From the NCBI RefSeq assembly GCF_009914755.1, contig NC_060931.1: DNA of 64,000 nucleotides; one strand, given 5' to 3'. Numbering within the stretch: position 1 is the first letter of the stretch; each line of letters starts with the position of its first letter. Below are positions 31,900-47,413 of the stretch, in pieces. A program made the translations under genes and the position numbers. Source of the DNA: the human T2T-CHM13v2.0 reference genome, Homo sapiens. The notes beneath the pieces were generated by a model. It did not search any database. It was not told the DNA's origin and saw only the letters and a list, made by a program, of their open reading frames with translations.

Positions 31900-32250
31900 C
31901 TAGATAAGAACTAAGGTACTAGTAGCAGAGAGAGAGAGAGAGAAGGGTTTGGACACAAGGCATATTTAGTAACTAGAATCACCAGGTCTTGGAACTGACG
32001 GGAAGTTGAGAAAGATGGCAACAAAGTATAGGAAAGCTATACAATTTCTAGGTCATATATCTGGATGGGAAGCAAATAAAAGATTAAGGGAAAATACTAG
32101 TTTAGTTTTGGATACACTATTTGACAACCAGATACAGATGTCCAGTAGGCAGTTGGATATATAAATCTGGAGCTTAGTAGAGTTGCCTAGTCTGCAGATA
32201 TACAATTAGAAGACATTTATATGTGGTACTGGGTAATATTGCCCATCAAT
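31900..32250 (-). mobile_element. L2 fragment
   Basis: agatgtccagtaggcagttggatatataaatctggagc. Confidence 0.6.
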
Positions 32251-32304
32251 GGCCCATTGAATTTTTTTTAAGAAAAACATAAAAACCTCCAAACTAACCA
32301 GTAC

Positions 32305-32828
32305 TGTATTGTCAGTATTCAGTTACAAGGAACAGAATCCACTGTAGCTGGTTTAAGAGGAAAGGGGTTTGTTACAGAATATTAAATGGCTTACTTTAAA
32401 AAGCTAATAAAAAAAGACTCCATTCTAAGGTTCTAGAAACAATTCCCAAAGCCACACTACAGAACTGGGTAGCTGAAGGAGCTGCTGCCTTAAAAATGAT
32501 CAGGGATCTGTAAAATTAGCAAACTGCCATGTGAGAAACTACTAACACTACTTGCTTCCAAACCACATCACGTTCACTAAAATCTCCACCAGCAAAAATA
32601 TGACCCTGTGCCTTGACTCTCTCCTCCTAGATTAACTGCAAATCTAAGTCTCATACAATGTATCTGTCTGATTGTCAGAAGGTAAATTATACCCAGAACT
32701 CTAGGACATTTGAAGAATGGCTTGCTTTGTTTTGCTTTGGCTTTGTGTGTTGAGCTTTCTGCCTTCCACATATTATAAGGAAGCTGAACTGAAACGTGTG
32801 GTGAGTGAGCCAGACCCTATCACCTACC
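32305..32828. mobile_element. Ancient MaLR LTR (MLT1-type)
   Basis: cagttacaaggaacagaatccactgtagctggtttaagaggaaagggg. Confidence 0.45.
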
Positions 32829-33062
32829 ATGAAGACCAAAAGCAGAACAATGGGGAACATGAACACTGAAAGTGTGAGAAGTTTGGCCATACCAAAGAAG
32901 GTATGGCCAGAGAGGTGAGCACCACAGTGAGTGTACAGCATGGAAGCCAGTGGAAAGGAAGCAGAAGAACAAAGCAGCACCAGAAGAAGCAAGGAGTGAA
33001 GAAAGGTCAATGTCAGAAGCTGCTAAGAAGTGAGCGTTTAAACAGCTGGATAATTTCTAAAG

Positions 33063-33420
33063 CAGGGGCCCATCCATGGCCTGTTAGGAACTGAGCCGCA
33101 TAGCAGGAGGTGAGTGGCTGGCGATCGAGCAAAGTTTGATCTGTATTTACAGCAGCTCCCCATTGCTTGTATTACTGCCTAAGCTCACTTCCTTCAGATT
33201 TTAGGGGGCATTAGATGCTCATAGGAGCAAGGGCCCTAGTGTGAACTGTGCATTTGAGGGATCTGGGTTGTGTTCACCTTATGAGACTCTAACAAATGCC
33301 TGATGATCTGAGGTGGAACAGTTTCGTCCTAAAACTATTCCCCCCCAACCTCCCACCCCTTCCCATGGAAGAATTGTCTTCTGGGAAACCAGTCCCTGAT
33401 GTCAAAAATGTTGGAGACTA
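33063..33420. mobile_element. MER1 (hAT-Charlie)
   Basis: ccatggcctgttaggaactgagccgcatagcaggaggtgag...ccagtccctgatgtcaaaaatgttggagac. Confidence 0.85.
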
Positions 33421-34425
33421 AAGAGTATCTGATAGAGTTAGCAAAAACAAGGTCCTTTGGTGGCCTTGGCAAGAGCAATTTCAGTGAAGTGGTTATGAAG
33501 GATGCTTGCTTGAAATGGGTTAAAAAGTGACTGGGAAGGATAAACTGATTTCAAGTTTATCTTCCTCTTAAGTGTGAAGTAATCTGTTAGGGCCTGAGTT
33601 TTCCTCGTCTGTTAAAATGGATTTATGCACACCTTGTATGTTTGTTTTATGTGCAACCTGATATGGCCAGGCATTCACCACTATGATGGAAATCAAAAGA
33701 ATTAACCTCACTTTTGTACCTAGGATCTCCCCAAACACCTCCTGGTTGTTGGAATTTGGGAGAACCTAGTCATTCACTACCTCATTTCTTCCAGCTTCTT
33801 CCAAATTGAGAACAGACTCATGTGACCAATGGATATCAAAGTATCAGTTTTATTCATGGTAAAGCTGGAATGAAGAAAATAGTTTGGGCTTGAGGTCAAA
33901 ATGCCTTTCCCTTGTATTGAATGTGCATTCCCAGCCAGGCAGAGGAGCTAGAGGGGACACTCTGCCCAGTCTATTTACCACACTGGAGATAAGATATGAG
34001 AAAGGTCCCAGTCGTTATCCATTTTTGAGGCAAGTAGCAGGAGAGCAAGAACCAAGAGTTAAGGCCATACATATACAGTGACCCCATCTGGCAGGAAAAC
34101 AAGAGGAGGCACCAAGAAAGGAATGAAGAGAAAAATGGATACGTCCTTTATGATAATTCCTCAAGACTGTTAAAGCATTTCCAGAAACCATAGAGAGGAA
34201 GAGAGAGGTACTCCCAACCTAAGGGATGATCATGTCTCTCATGGCCCACAAACAAGATGACTTTTACATCAAAATCCATGCATGGTGGAAGGGGAACATG
34301 ACTAGGTCTTCATTTGCCACAAAAGTTCACAGGAGGAAGAATGGGGAAGTAGCCGACCCAACAGCCTTCACCATACCAAACACTTCAGACTAATAAGTAG
34401 ATTCAGTTCTTCAAATAGGATACAG

Positions 34426-34842
34426 TTATAGTAGATATAGAGATATGGAGGTACCCAGATTCTCCTCCAAGGAAGGACTTGCTGCCAAGCAGCCATGAGT
34501 GCAAACAACAGTCTCCAGCTGACTTATTTTTCAGCATTTGCCTAAACTTCAGAGAGCTTTGAGATCCGACCTCACATATTCCCAAGCAGCCTGCATCTAG
34601 TGACTAATCGACACAGGGGTATACAATTCTGTCCATTTTGGTCAGATGTGAGACAACTCTGTTGTGAAATATTTGTTCTGGAGCTTCCATTCAGGTTTGC
34701 TGAGGCTTTTTTGGACCTGAATTCACCTTTACCCTCATCCTGCTTCTTTTCCCTTCCTTTTACAGATGCTAATCTCCAAAAAATATTTGACATCCTAAAC
34801 TCTATCTCTGTATCAACTTCCAGACAATCCCATCTACAACAA
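34426..34842 (+). mobile_element. LTR16-like ERVL solo LTR
   Basis: cctgcttcttttcccttccttttacagatgctaatctcc...ttccagacaatcccatctacaaca terminus. Confidence 0.6.
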
Positions 34843-34924
34843 TATTGTAGTGCAAATAAAGAATAAATTCATGGTGAACATAGCTGTTTCCTTTTACCTC
34901 CCCAGAGAAGCCTTCTAGAGTAGC

Positions 34925-35230
<306 letters not shown>

Positions 35231-35929
35231 GGGACTAACTTTTATAAAGAGGCTGCCTCCTCTCTGCCTGCTAACCTGTACTCCAACCTCTCAGCCCCAG
35301 TTTGATTTCAGATATCCCAGTACCCAGTCTCCCCTTTAAGATTCTCTGTTTGATGACTCAACTCACCTCCTTCCGAAAAATCCATGTTCTCCTGTAGGAG
35401 GCTGTGCCACCCCTAGAGGCATCCCATGTTTGCTATTACACACAAAGCCTCACAACTAAGTAGTCAGATGCTTGTCAAGGCTCTCCTCTGTCAATTAACA
35501 CTGGCCTCTGAAGGTGCAGAACAGAAGAGGTTGGGTTCAAACTGTGAGCAAGAGTGAACACAAGAGCTCTAAGCCCCGTTTGGAGTTTCCACTAGAGAGA
35601 ACTGTGACATATCTAGTGCCTATGACAGAAATACTCCCTATCAAGATGAGCCAGACAAGGTCTAATCTTGTGCTGAGAAAACAATCATTCTCCTATCAGC
35701 ATGGTGTTGCCCTTCTCCTTTCTGGAACAATGGACACATTTTCTGTCTTGTTTGAGCAAAACTATACCACAGAAAAAAATTGTGTCAGTCTTCATTGATT
35801 GATCTCTTTATCATTCAGATGAAATGGAGTCAGCTCTATGCATGTTCCAATTAAACTCTATGTGGGGGAAACTGTTGGGGGCCAGGAGAGCTTCTGAATT
35901 TCCCTGCTACTCTAAGATCAGAGTTAATG

Positions 35930-35985
35930 TAAACAAAGAACTTAGCACATTGCCTGAGACATAATAAGTGCACTTTAATTATTTT
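35930..35985 (+). mobile_element. MIR 3' fragment
   Basis: aaagaacttagcacattgcctgagacataataagtgcac. Confidence 0.5.
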
Positions 35986-36553
35986 TTGCTTTGAAAGGTG
36001 AATAAGTTAAACTACCTCTATTTACAAATGACATAATCTAATACATAGAAAATGTTAAGAAATACACTAAAAACACAATTAGAACTAATAAACGAGTTCA
36101 GCAAAGTTGCAGAATAAAAGATCAATTTACATCAAAGGTGAGGGTGAAAAGGGACAAAAAGATCAATTTACAAAAATCAACTGTGTTTCAATAATAATGG
36201 GAGAGTTTAACACCCCACTGTCAACATTAGACAGATCAAAGAGACAGAAAGTTAAAAAGGATATCCAGGAATTGAACTCAGCTCTGCACCAACTGGACTT
36301 AATAGACATCTACAGAACTCTCCACCCCAAATCAACAGAATATACATTCTGCTCAACACCACGTCACACTTATTCCAAAATTGACCACATAGTTGGAAGT
36401 AAAGCACTCCTCAGCAAACGTAAAAGAACAGAAATTATAACAAACTGTCTCTCAGACCACGGTGAAGTCAAACTAGAACTCAGGATTAAGAAACTCACTC
36501 AAAACTGCTCAACTACATGGAAACTGAACAACCTGCTCCTGAATGACTACTAG

Positions 36554-37220
<667 letters not shown>

Positions 37221-37223
37221 TAA

Positions 37224-37487
<264 letters not shown>

Positions 37488-37490
37488 TAG

Positions 37491-37847
<357 letters not shown>

Positions 37848-37850
37848 TAG

Positions 37851-39311
<1,461 letters not shown>

Positions 39312-39340
39312 AAGACACTGATGCAGCCAACAGACATATG

Positions 39341-39397
39341 AACAAACCTGCATGTTGTGCACATGTACCCTAAAACTTAGAGTATAATAAAAAAAAA
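39341..39397 (+). mobile_element. L1PA extreme 3'-end micro-fragment with A-tail inside L1-B ORF2
   Basis: aacaaacctgcatgttgtgcacatgtaccctaaaacttagagtataataaaaaaaaa. Confidence 0.9.
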
Positions 39398-40698
39398 TGC
39401 TCATCATCACTGGCCGTCAGAGAAATGCAAATCAAAACCACAATGAGATACCATCTCACACCAGTTAGAATGGTGATCTTTAAAAAGTCAGGAAACAACA
39501 GGTGCTGGAGAGGATGTGGAGAAATAGGAACACTTTTACACTGTTGGTGGGACTGTAAACTAGTTCAACCATTGTGGAAGACACTGTGGGAATTCCTCAA
39601 GGATCTAGAACTAGAAATACTGTTTGACTCAGCCATCCCATTACTGGGTAGATACCCAAACGATTATAAATCATGCTGCTATAAAGGCACATGCACACGT
39701 ATGTTTATTGCAGCAGTATTCACAATGGCAAAGACTTGGAACCAACCCAAATGTCCATCCATGATAGACTGGATTAAGAAAATGTGGCATGTATATACCA
39801 TGGAATACTATGCAGCCATAAAACATGATGAGTTCATGTCCTTTATAGGGACATGGATGAAGCTGGAAACCATCATTCTCAGCAAACTATTGCAAAGACA
39901 GAAAACCAAACACCGCATGTTCTCACTCACAGGTGGGAATTGAACAATGAGAACACCTGGACACAGCAAGGGGAACACCACACACCAGGCCTGTTGTTGG
40001 GTGGGGGGAGGGGGGAGGGATAGCATTAGGAGATATACCTAATGTAAATGATGAGTTAATGGGTGCAGCACACCAACATGGCACATGTATACATATGTAA
40101 CAAACCTGCACATTGTGCATGTGTACCCTAGAACTTAAAGTATAATAAAAATATATTTAAAAAATCAATTGTGTTTCTATACATTTGCAATGAATACACT
40201 AAAAATGAAATTAAGAAAACAAAATCTGTTTACAATAGCATGAAAAAGAATAAAATACTTAGGAATGAATTTAACAAAAGAAGTACAAAACTTATACTCT
40301 GAAAAATACAAAACATTGCTGAAAGAAATTAAAGAACACCTAAATAAATGGAAAGTCACCTCATGTTCATGGATTGGAAAATTTAATATTGTTAAGATGG
40401 CAATACTCCCCAAACTGATCTACAAATTCAACACAATTCCCATCAAAATTCTGGACCAATAATCTGATCCTAAAATTTATATGAGAGCGCAAGAAACAGA
40501 AGAGCTAAAACAACCTTGAAAACAAACAACAAAGTTGGAGGATTCACGCTTCCCCATTTCAAAACTTACTACAAAATCTACAGTAATCAAGACAGTGTGG
40601 TATTGGCATAAGATAAGACATACAGATTAATAGAATGAAATTAAAAATCTATAAGTAAACTCACACTTACTGTCAATTGATTTCCAACAAGGGAAATT

Positions 40699-40748
40699 TT
40701 TTCCCATTGAATTGATTTCCAACAAGGGAAATCAATTCAATGGGAAAA
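40699..40748. repeat. Perfect 22-bp inverted repeat with 6-nt loop
   Basis: ttttcccattgaattgatttcc AACAAG ggaaatcaattcaatgggaaaa. Confidence 0.95.
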
Positions 40749-42009
40749 TAAAAGTCTTTCCATAAATGGTGCTGACACAATCTGAAAAAAAAGAAGTTAG
40801 ATCCTACCTCACATCTGTATAAAAATCAACTCAAATAGGATCCAATAACTAAGTGTAAAAGCTAAAACTATAAACTTCTTAGAAAAACAGAGGTAAATCT
40901 TCATGACCTTGTAGTAGGCAATGATTTCTTAGCTACGACACCCAACATATAAGCAACAACAACAAAAAAGAATAGGTAAATTGGATATCATAGCATTTAA
41001 AAAAAAAACTTTCCTGCTTCAAAACACACAATTAAGAAATTAAAAAGGCAACCCATAGGATGGGAGAAAATTTCTGCAAATCATATATCTGATGAAGGAC
41101 TTGTGTGTGGAATATATAAAGAACCCTTACAACTTAACAATAAAAAGACAAATAATTTTCAAAAAAGCAAAGAACCTGAATAGACATTTTTCCAAAAAAG
41201 ATATATAAATGGCCAATATGCACATGAAAAAAATGATCAACTTCATTAGCCTCAGGGAAATGCAAATCAAACCTACAATGGGCTGCTATTTCATGCAGAT
41301 TATGATGGTTCTAATCAAAAAGTTAGATAATAACAAGTTAGCAAAAATGCAAAGAAATTGGAACTCTCATGCACTCCTAATGGAAATGTAACATAGTACA
41401 TCTTTTGGAAAACAGTCTGGCAATTTTTCAAATAATTAAATATAGTGCTACCATACAGCTCAGCAATTCCCCTCCTAGGTATATACCCAAGAGAAATAAA
41501 AACATATGTCCACATAAAACCTTGTGTGTGAATATTCATAGTAGCATTCTTAATAATAGGCAAAAGTTAGATATAACCCAAATGTCCATCAACTAATGAA
41601 TGTATAAATAAAATGTGGCATAAGCATACACTTGAATATTATTCAACCACAAAAAGGAATGAAGAACTGATACATGACACAGTGTGGATGAACCTTGAAA
41701 ACGTTATGTTAAGTGAAAAAAGACAGTCACAAAGGATTATATATTGTATTATTCCATTATATTTAATGTCCAGAATATGGAAATTCACAGAGAAAGAAAG
41801 TAGGTTTGTGGTTTCCTAGAGCTAGGAGCAATGGGGGAATGAGGACGGATGGCCAAGGGATTTCTCTTTGTGGTGATGAAAATGATTTAAAATTTATTGT
41901 GGTGATGGTTGCACAACTCTGTGAAAATACTAAAAACCAGTGAATTGTACGCATTAAATGGGGAAATTGTATGTTATCTGAATTATGTGTTAATAAAAAC
42001 TTTTTTAAA

Positions 42010-42350
42010 TTATTGATTTAAGACTGAGTAAAAGAAGTGGTTATGGATATCAGGTTATGGGTTTAAATAAGGTCATTGGCTGAAGTCAAAAAGTTGAGGA
42101 AATTCCCAACTAGAAACCTCAACTTCCTCACTGAAATAGAAGGCAAATCCATCTGCCAAGTAGGAGTTTATAATCAGATAATGGTACATCAGAGGTAAAG
42201 ACTGCAGAGGTGGTACAGTTCCAGGTGATGACAGGTTCCAAGGTGTGTCATGAAAGTGAGTGGCTAAGCTGGAGAAGAGGGAGAGGGGGTGGAGGCCCAG
42301 GAAGTGACAAAGCTTAATACACCTCACAAGTACTTGTTGAATTGAATGAA
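42010..42350. mobile_element. L2 fragments
   Basis: Degenerate L2 internal sequence plus tgttgaattgaatgaa terminus. Confidence 0.45.
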
Positions 42351-42959
42351 AGAATTACTTCCCCTGCCAGCACTGTATGATACATTAAGGCCTCAGTGTT
42401 ACTTTAATCATCTTGGAAATTGTCACCATGTTTGCCCTAAGTAAGTTTCTTTCTTTTTCTACTAAATTTAGGGATAGGCGTATGAGTTTCAATGGAGACC
42501 ATACTCAAGTTACCTCTCACCTATGGATGAAAAAAGGAAAGAAAAAGAAATTGGGGTTTTCTAAGTGTACTATGATTACACTGAGAGTATAAAAACTACT
42601 TAGGAGAATAAGCTTCTAGAAATTTAGAATGAAAACAATGCATACGCAAAACAATAAATAAGATACTAAACACAATTAACTACTGATTCAAGAAATTCAC
42701 CTAAGACCTACTTTCTTTGTAGCCCCAAGTTCAGTAGAGTCAGAGGGAGGATTTCTGGGAACCCCAAACGCCTTTTCCTTGCATTCCCCCTCTGATCCAG
42801 AAGATCTTCTCAGGTCCCAGCTAATCTTTCCATTGAGGCCACCATTCTCTCACCTGTAGGGTCCCTATACCCCCCTATGTCATAGAAAGGTTTAGAGCTG
42901 AGCATCATCCCCCCATTTTCATTGCCCCCATACCAGTCCCCTCTACTAACACAAACATA

Positions 42960-43525
42960 CAATGATAATAAAGGTTCAGGGCAAAATATAGAAACCTATC
43001 TATTTGTATTAAGCACAAAGGAATTTAATAAAGGAAATTGGGTGTTTACATGTGAACTAGAATGGCTGGAGGAGCAGGCTCAAGGTTGGGCCCCCAGGAA
43101 TAACTCCTAGAACAATGCAGAACTGACTATCCAGGCAAGCTACTTGCTCTGCAGCAATCAGGATGGTGAGTAGCCAGCAGGCTGACACTGGAACTTTTGA
43201 GTTCATGAACCCACAAGGATAGCTGTGTCCCAGGATCAGAAAGTCAGGATCGAGAAGCTACTGCTGCCACACCACAACTGCCTATAACCATCTATGAAGC
43301 TAATGTCTGAACACTAGAACACCACTTCAGAAAAACGTGAGATCTTGGAGATGGTCCAAGATCTTGTTCACACACAGAAAAACAGACAATAGAAGGAAGG
43401 TGGCTTCTGTTTCACTTCTGCTTTCTACATGTAAAACAAAGCGTATTTAATAAATTCATCCAAAGGAGTCAGGGAAACGTGGTTTCCAGCATTCAAAAAA
43501 AGAGCTGGAAATGGCTGAGTGCCAA
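42960..43525. mobile_element. Ancient MaLR-type LTR remnant
   Basis: taagcacaaaggaatttaataaaggaaattgggtgtttac. Confidence 0.35.
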
Positions 43526-43844
43526 TCAGCTATATCCAGCATACAAACACACTATAAATGCATACATGTGCATATGTGTACACACACGATCCCAGATGAC
43601 AAGATTATTGGCCCTTTTTGTTATGTGAATTTTTGTAATAACCCCAACAGAAAATAGAAAATAATACAAATGAGAAACATGGAAAATTACAAAAGTCCCA
43701 AAATTTCACATAGGCTATAGAGTCTTGGCCTCTACAGTCACTGGTTACCGACTTCCTCTAAGGAATTAAGTGCATGTCCTATGGGCAGCCCTGTGGTTTT
43801 AATTATCTTGAGGTTCAGGCTCACCAGTGCTCTCTAGTACTCAA

Positions 43845-44287
43845 TAATAAGGAGTCTGACTCCATTGTTGATGTTTAACAGCTGACAGCTGTCAAGCCCT
43901 GCCACGCCTCCTTCCTTTTGTGCCCCACATCCAAGCAAGCTGATAAAAAAAAAAATTTAAAAAAAGAAAAAAGAAAAAAAGCCTTGGTGCTCCTTTGGCA
44001 CCGATGGGAAATTCAAACCATACAAACGTTGGCCAGCATGAGGAAACCAGCAACCCAGCCTCACTCCCTAACTATTATAAAACCCCAAGCAGGGAGGTTT
44101 CCCCTCCCTGCTCTTTCAAGGCATTTTCAGATCTGCTTGGGAGCCTGCCCTGTTCCCTCTAGAAAACCTCATTACATGTGCAATAAACCTTCCATCCCCT
44201 CTTTGTGTATGTGTGGCATCATGAGTCTTGACATCTAAACCAAATTTTGTGTGGGAGGTCCATCTCACCACCGAGGGATACCACAAG
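43845..44287 (+). mobile_element. ERV1 solo LTR (MER72/LTR47-like)
   Basis: ggagtctgactccatt...gctgacagc; TATA-like tataaaa at ~44075; aataaa at ~44182. Confidence 0.6.
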
Positions 44288-45114
44288 AGGTTCCACCCCA
44301 CAACTCGCCACCAAAACACTCCCATATCATACATTTCTGACCCCATCCTTTCTCCCTCATGATCCTTTCTCCTACCTACTGATACCGTCCAGGCAGAAGG
44401 GTGTGTCTCTTTGTATTCAGTGGAGACTTGGCTTCTCTGCAGGACAAGATTGGGTGAAGCTCAATTTGCCAGAGCTCTGCTTTGCCCAGCGAAGTTTCTT
44501 TCAGAGCACTTCCTCCCAAAGACCGCGTTAACCTTTCTCCCTATTGTCAAATCTTGATTATCGCCTCATGCCCATGTGAAACTCCCTTAGTTGATAATTT
44601 CATCCACAATTGCTTGCTGCTGTCGTTGGTGTCTGTTCTCTCTGCTCTGCTCTGCTCTTTTGGAGCTTTGATGCCTGGCTTAGCACCTTTGCCCACCTAA
44701 AGACTCCTTTGACCCTGGAATATGAGTGATGATACTCTCAAAGACATTTAATTTCAATGATATTCACCTTGCAAACTACTAACACCACCATCCTGCCTCT
44801 CATCACTGTCATCACTTTCAGCCGAGATTCAGACATCTCCAGTCATTTGTCTGCTCCCATACTTTCTTCTTAATACTGCTCACTTTGTCTGGTATCAACT
44901 GCCCTTAGACATCTTCATTTGGATAACTCCTTCTCATCCTACTGGACTCAGAGCTTTCTGTTCTTTGTCAGGGCTATCACTGCCTTTCTATTGTCCCCAT
45001 TATACAAAATACATTAAAAATAACAGGAATTGTAAATTGGCATCTTACAGTCTGCCTCTGGCTAGAAGCTATATTTTATTTGGCCAGCAATGGGTTTTTG
45101 AAAAAACACATTTT

Positions 45115-45628
45115 TCCGAAAGAATTCAAAGCAGGATCTCAAAAAGATACTTGGATGGCCATGTTCCTTGCAGTATTATTCACAATAGCCTAGAGGTGGA
45201 GGCAACTTGAATGTCCATCCACAGATAAATGGACTAACAAAATGTGTTATATACAGAAAATGAAATAGTATTTCACCTTTTAAAAGAAGGAAATCCTGTC
45301 ACGTGCTACACCATGGATGCACTTGGAAGACATTATACTAAGCGAATTAAGACAGTCATAAAAAGACAAATACTGTATGATTCCACACATATGAGTTATC
45401 TAAAGTAGCCAAATGCATGGATACAGAAAGTAGAATGTTGGTTGGCAGGGGCTGGTAAGAGGGGGAACATAGGGAATTGTTGTTTAACATGTATAAAGTT
45501 TCAGTTTTGTGAAATGAAAAAGTTCTAGAGATCTATTGCACAAGAATGGGAATATACTTTATACTACTGAACTGTACACTTAAGATGATAAATTTTATAT
45601 ATTTTTATCATAAGTAAAAATAAAAAAA
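45115..45628 (+). mobile_element. L1MA 3' fragment within a MER102-like hAT remnant (~45024-45750)
   Basis: aaggaaatcctgtcacgtgctacaccatggatg...aaaagttctagagatctattgcac. Confidence 0.75.
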
Positions 45629-45844
45629 CAAAACTTCTAAAATTTGAATGCTTTTAGAGGGACACTCTACTTCACCTGAGGCCCAACACTAGCCTGATTT
45701 ACGAGTTTAAATGAACTTTCAGGCCCCCATAAACATTAATTTTGAGTTTGGAATAATGAGAGAATTTAAAAATGAAATAAGATGAACCTGGAGTTCTTAT
45801 TAAATAGGAATGTGGGATTTAACATTGAGAATGATTCCTTTGTT

Positions 45845-46138
45845 TGGCAAACATTCATTGAACTCTAGCACCTGGCACTTGCTAGGTACTCCAAATACAA
45901 AAGTGATCATCTCAGTTCCTGCCCTCAAAGATTTTATATTCTAAGCAAACTGAATTACAGTATAGTTTAATAAGCATTGTGATCAAGGGCTGTGCAGGTT
46001 ATCAAGTGCTCCCTCCACAGAAAGGAAGAGCTATGAGAACTGGTAAGATGGGCATGGGAGGATGAAGAAAGATAACCAAAAGGGGCATCTCCTAAACTGA
46101 GCATTGTAGGATGAATAGGAGTTATCCAGGGACAAGCA
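45845..46138 (-). mobile_element. L2 3' portion
   Basis: aacattcattgaac...gttcctgccctcaaag...attctaag. Confidence 0.65.
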
Positions 46139-47133
46139 CATATTTGAGAATTTTCCATTTCTTCTTACGTTGTTGATTTCTAGTTTCATTGCATTGTGGT
46201 TAGAAAAGATACCTGGTATGACTTTAGCCTTCTTAAGTTTGTTGAAACTTGTTTTGTAACCAAACATGTGATCTGTCCTGCAGAATGTTCTATGTACACT
46301 TGAGAAGAATGTGTTCTGCTGCTATTGGATAGAATGTTCTATGTATGTCTGTAAGATCCATCTGGTCCATGGTATTGTTTCAGTGCAGCACTGTTTTCTT
46401 ATTTATTTTCTGTCTGAATGTTCTATTGTTGAAAGTGAGGTATTGAAGTCCTCCACTACTATTGTATTGCTATGTCTCCTTTCAAACCTGTCAATGTATG
46501 CTTTATATATTTAGGTGCACTTATGTTAAGTGCATATACATTTATAATTGTTATATCTTCCTGATGAATTGTCCCTTTTATCATTATATAGTGACCTTTT
46601 TTGTCACTTGTGATAGTTCTTAAGGTCTATTTTGTGTGATATAAGTATAGCCAGCCTGCTATCTTTTGGTTACGTTTGCATGGAATGTCTTTTTCCATCT
46701 CTTCACCTTCAGCTTATGTGTGCCTTTGATTCTAAAGTGAGTCCCTTGTAGACAGCACATTGTTAGATCTTGTTGTTTCATCTACTCAGCCACTCTATGT
46801 CTTTTGATTAGGAGTTTAATTCATTTATATTTAAAGTAGTTATTTATAAGTAAGGATTTACTACTGTCATTGCTTTCTGTTTTGTATTTCTTTTGTTTCT
46901 CTTTCCCTTTTTTCTGTTTACCTTTGTGATTTATTGACTTTTTATAGTGATTTGCATTGATTCCTTTCTCTTTTTTGTGTGTGTATGTCTACTATGGGAA
47001 TTTTCCTTGTGGTTACCTTGATTGCATGAAACACAGTAGTCTATTTTAAACTGATAACTTGTCTTCCACTGTATACAGAAACTCTATATCTCTCACACAC
47101 ACACTTTATATTATTGATGTCACACTTTAAATC

Positions 47134-47413
47134 TTTTTTTTTTTTTTTTTTTGATACATGATCTTGCTCTGTCACCTAGGTTGAACATGGCTCACTGCAG
47201 CCTCAACCTCCTGGGCTTAAGTGATCATCTTGCTTCAGCCTCCCAAGTAGCTGGGACTACAGGCCTGTGCCACCACACCCAGCTAATTTTTTTGTTTCTT
47301 TTGTAGAGACAAAGTCTTGCCATGTTTCCCAGGCTGGTCTCCAGCTCCTGGGCTCAAGCAATCTTCAGCCTCCCAAAGTGTTAGAATTATAGGTGTGAGC
47401 CACTATACCCAGC
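47134..47413 (-). mobile_element. AluJ
   Basis: gctcactgcagcctcaacctcctgggc; poly-T tail. Confidence 0.88.

Noticed and set aside
39371-39390. TTAGAGTATAAT as proof the micro-fragment is L1HS
   Set aside because: Upstream bases (aacaaacctgcatgttg) are the older L1PA type, not L1HS (aactaacctgcacaatg); a single A>G could be convergent.
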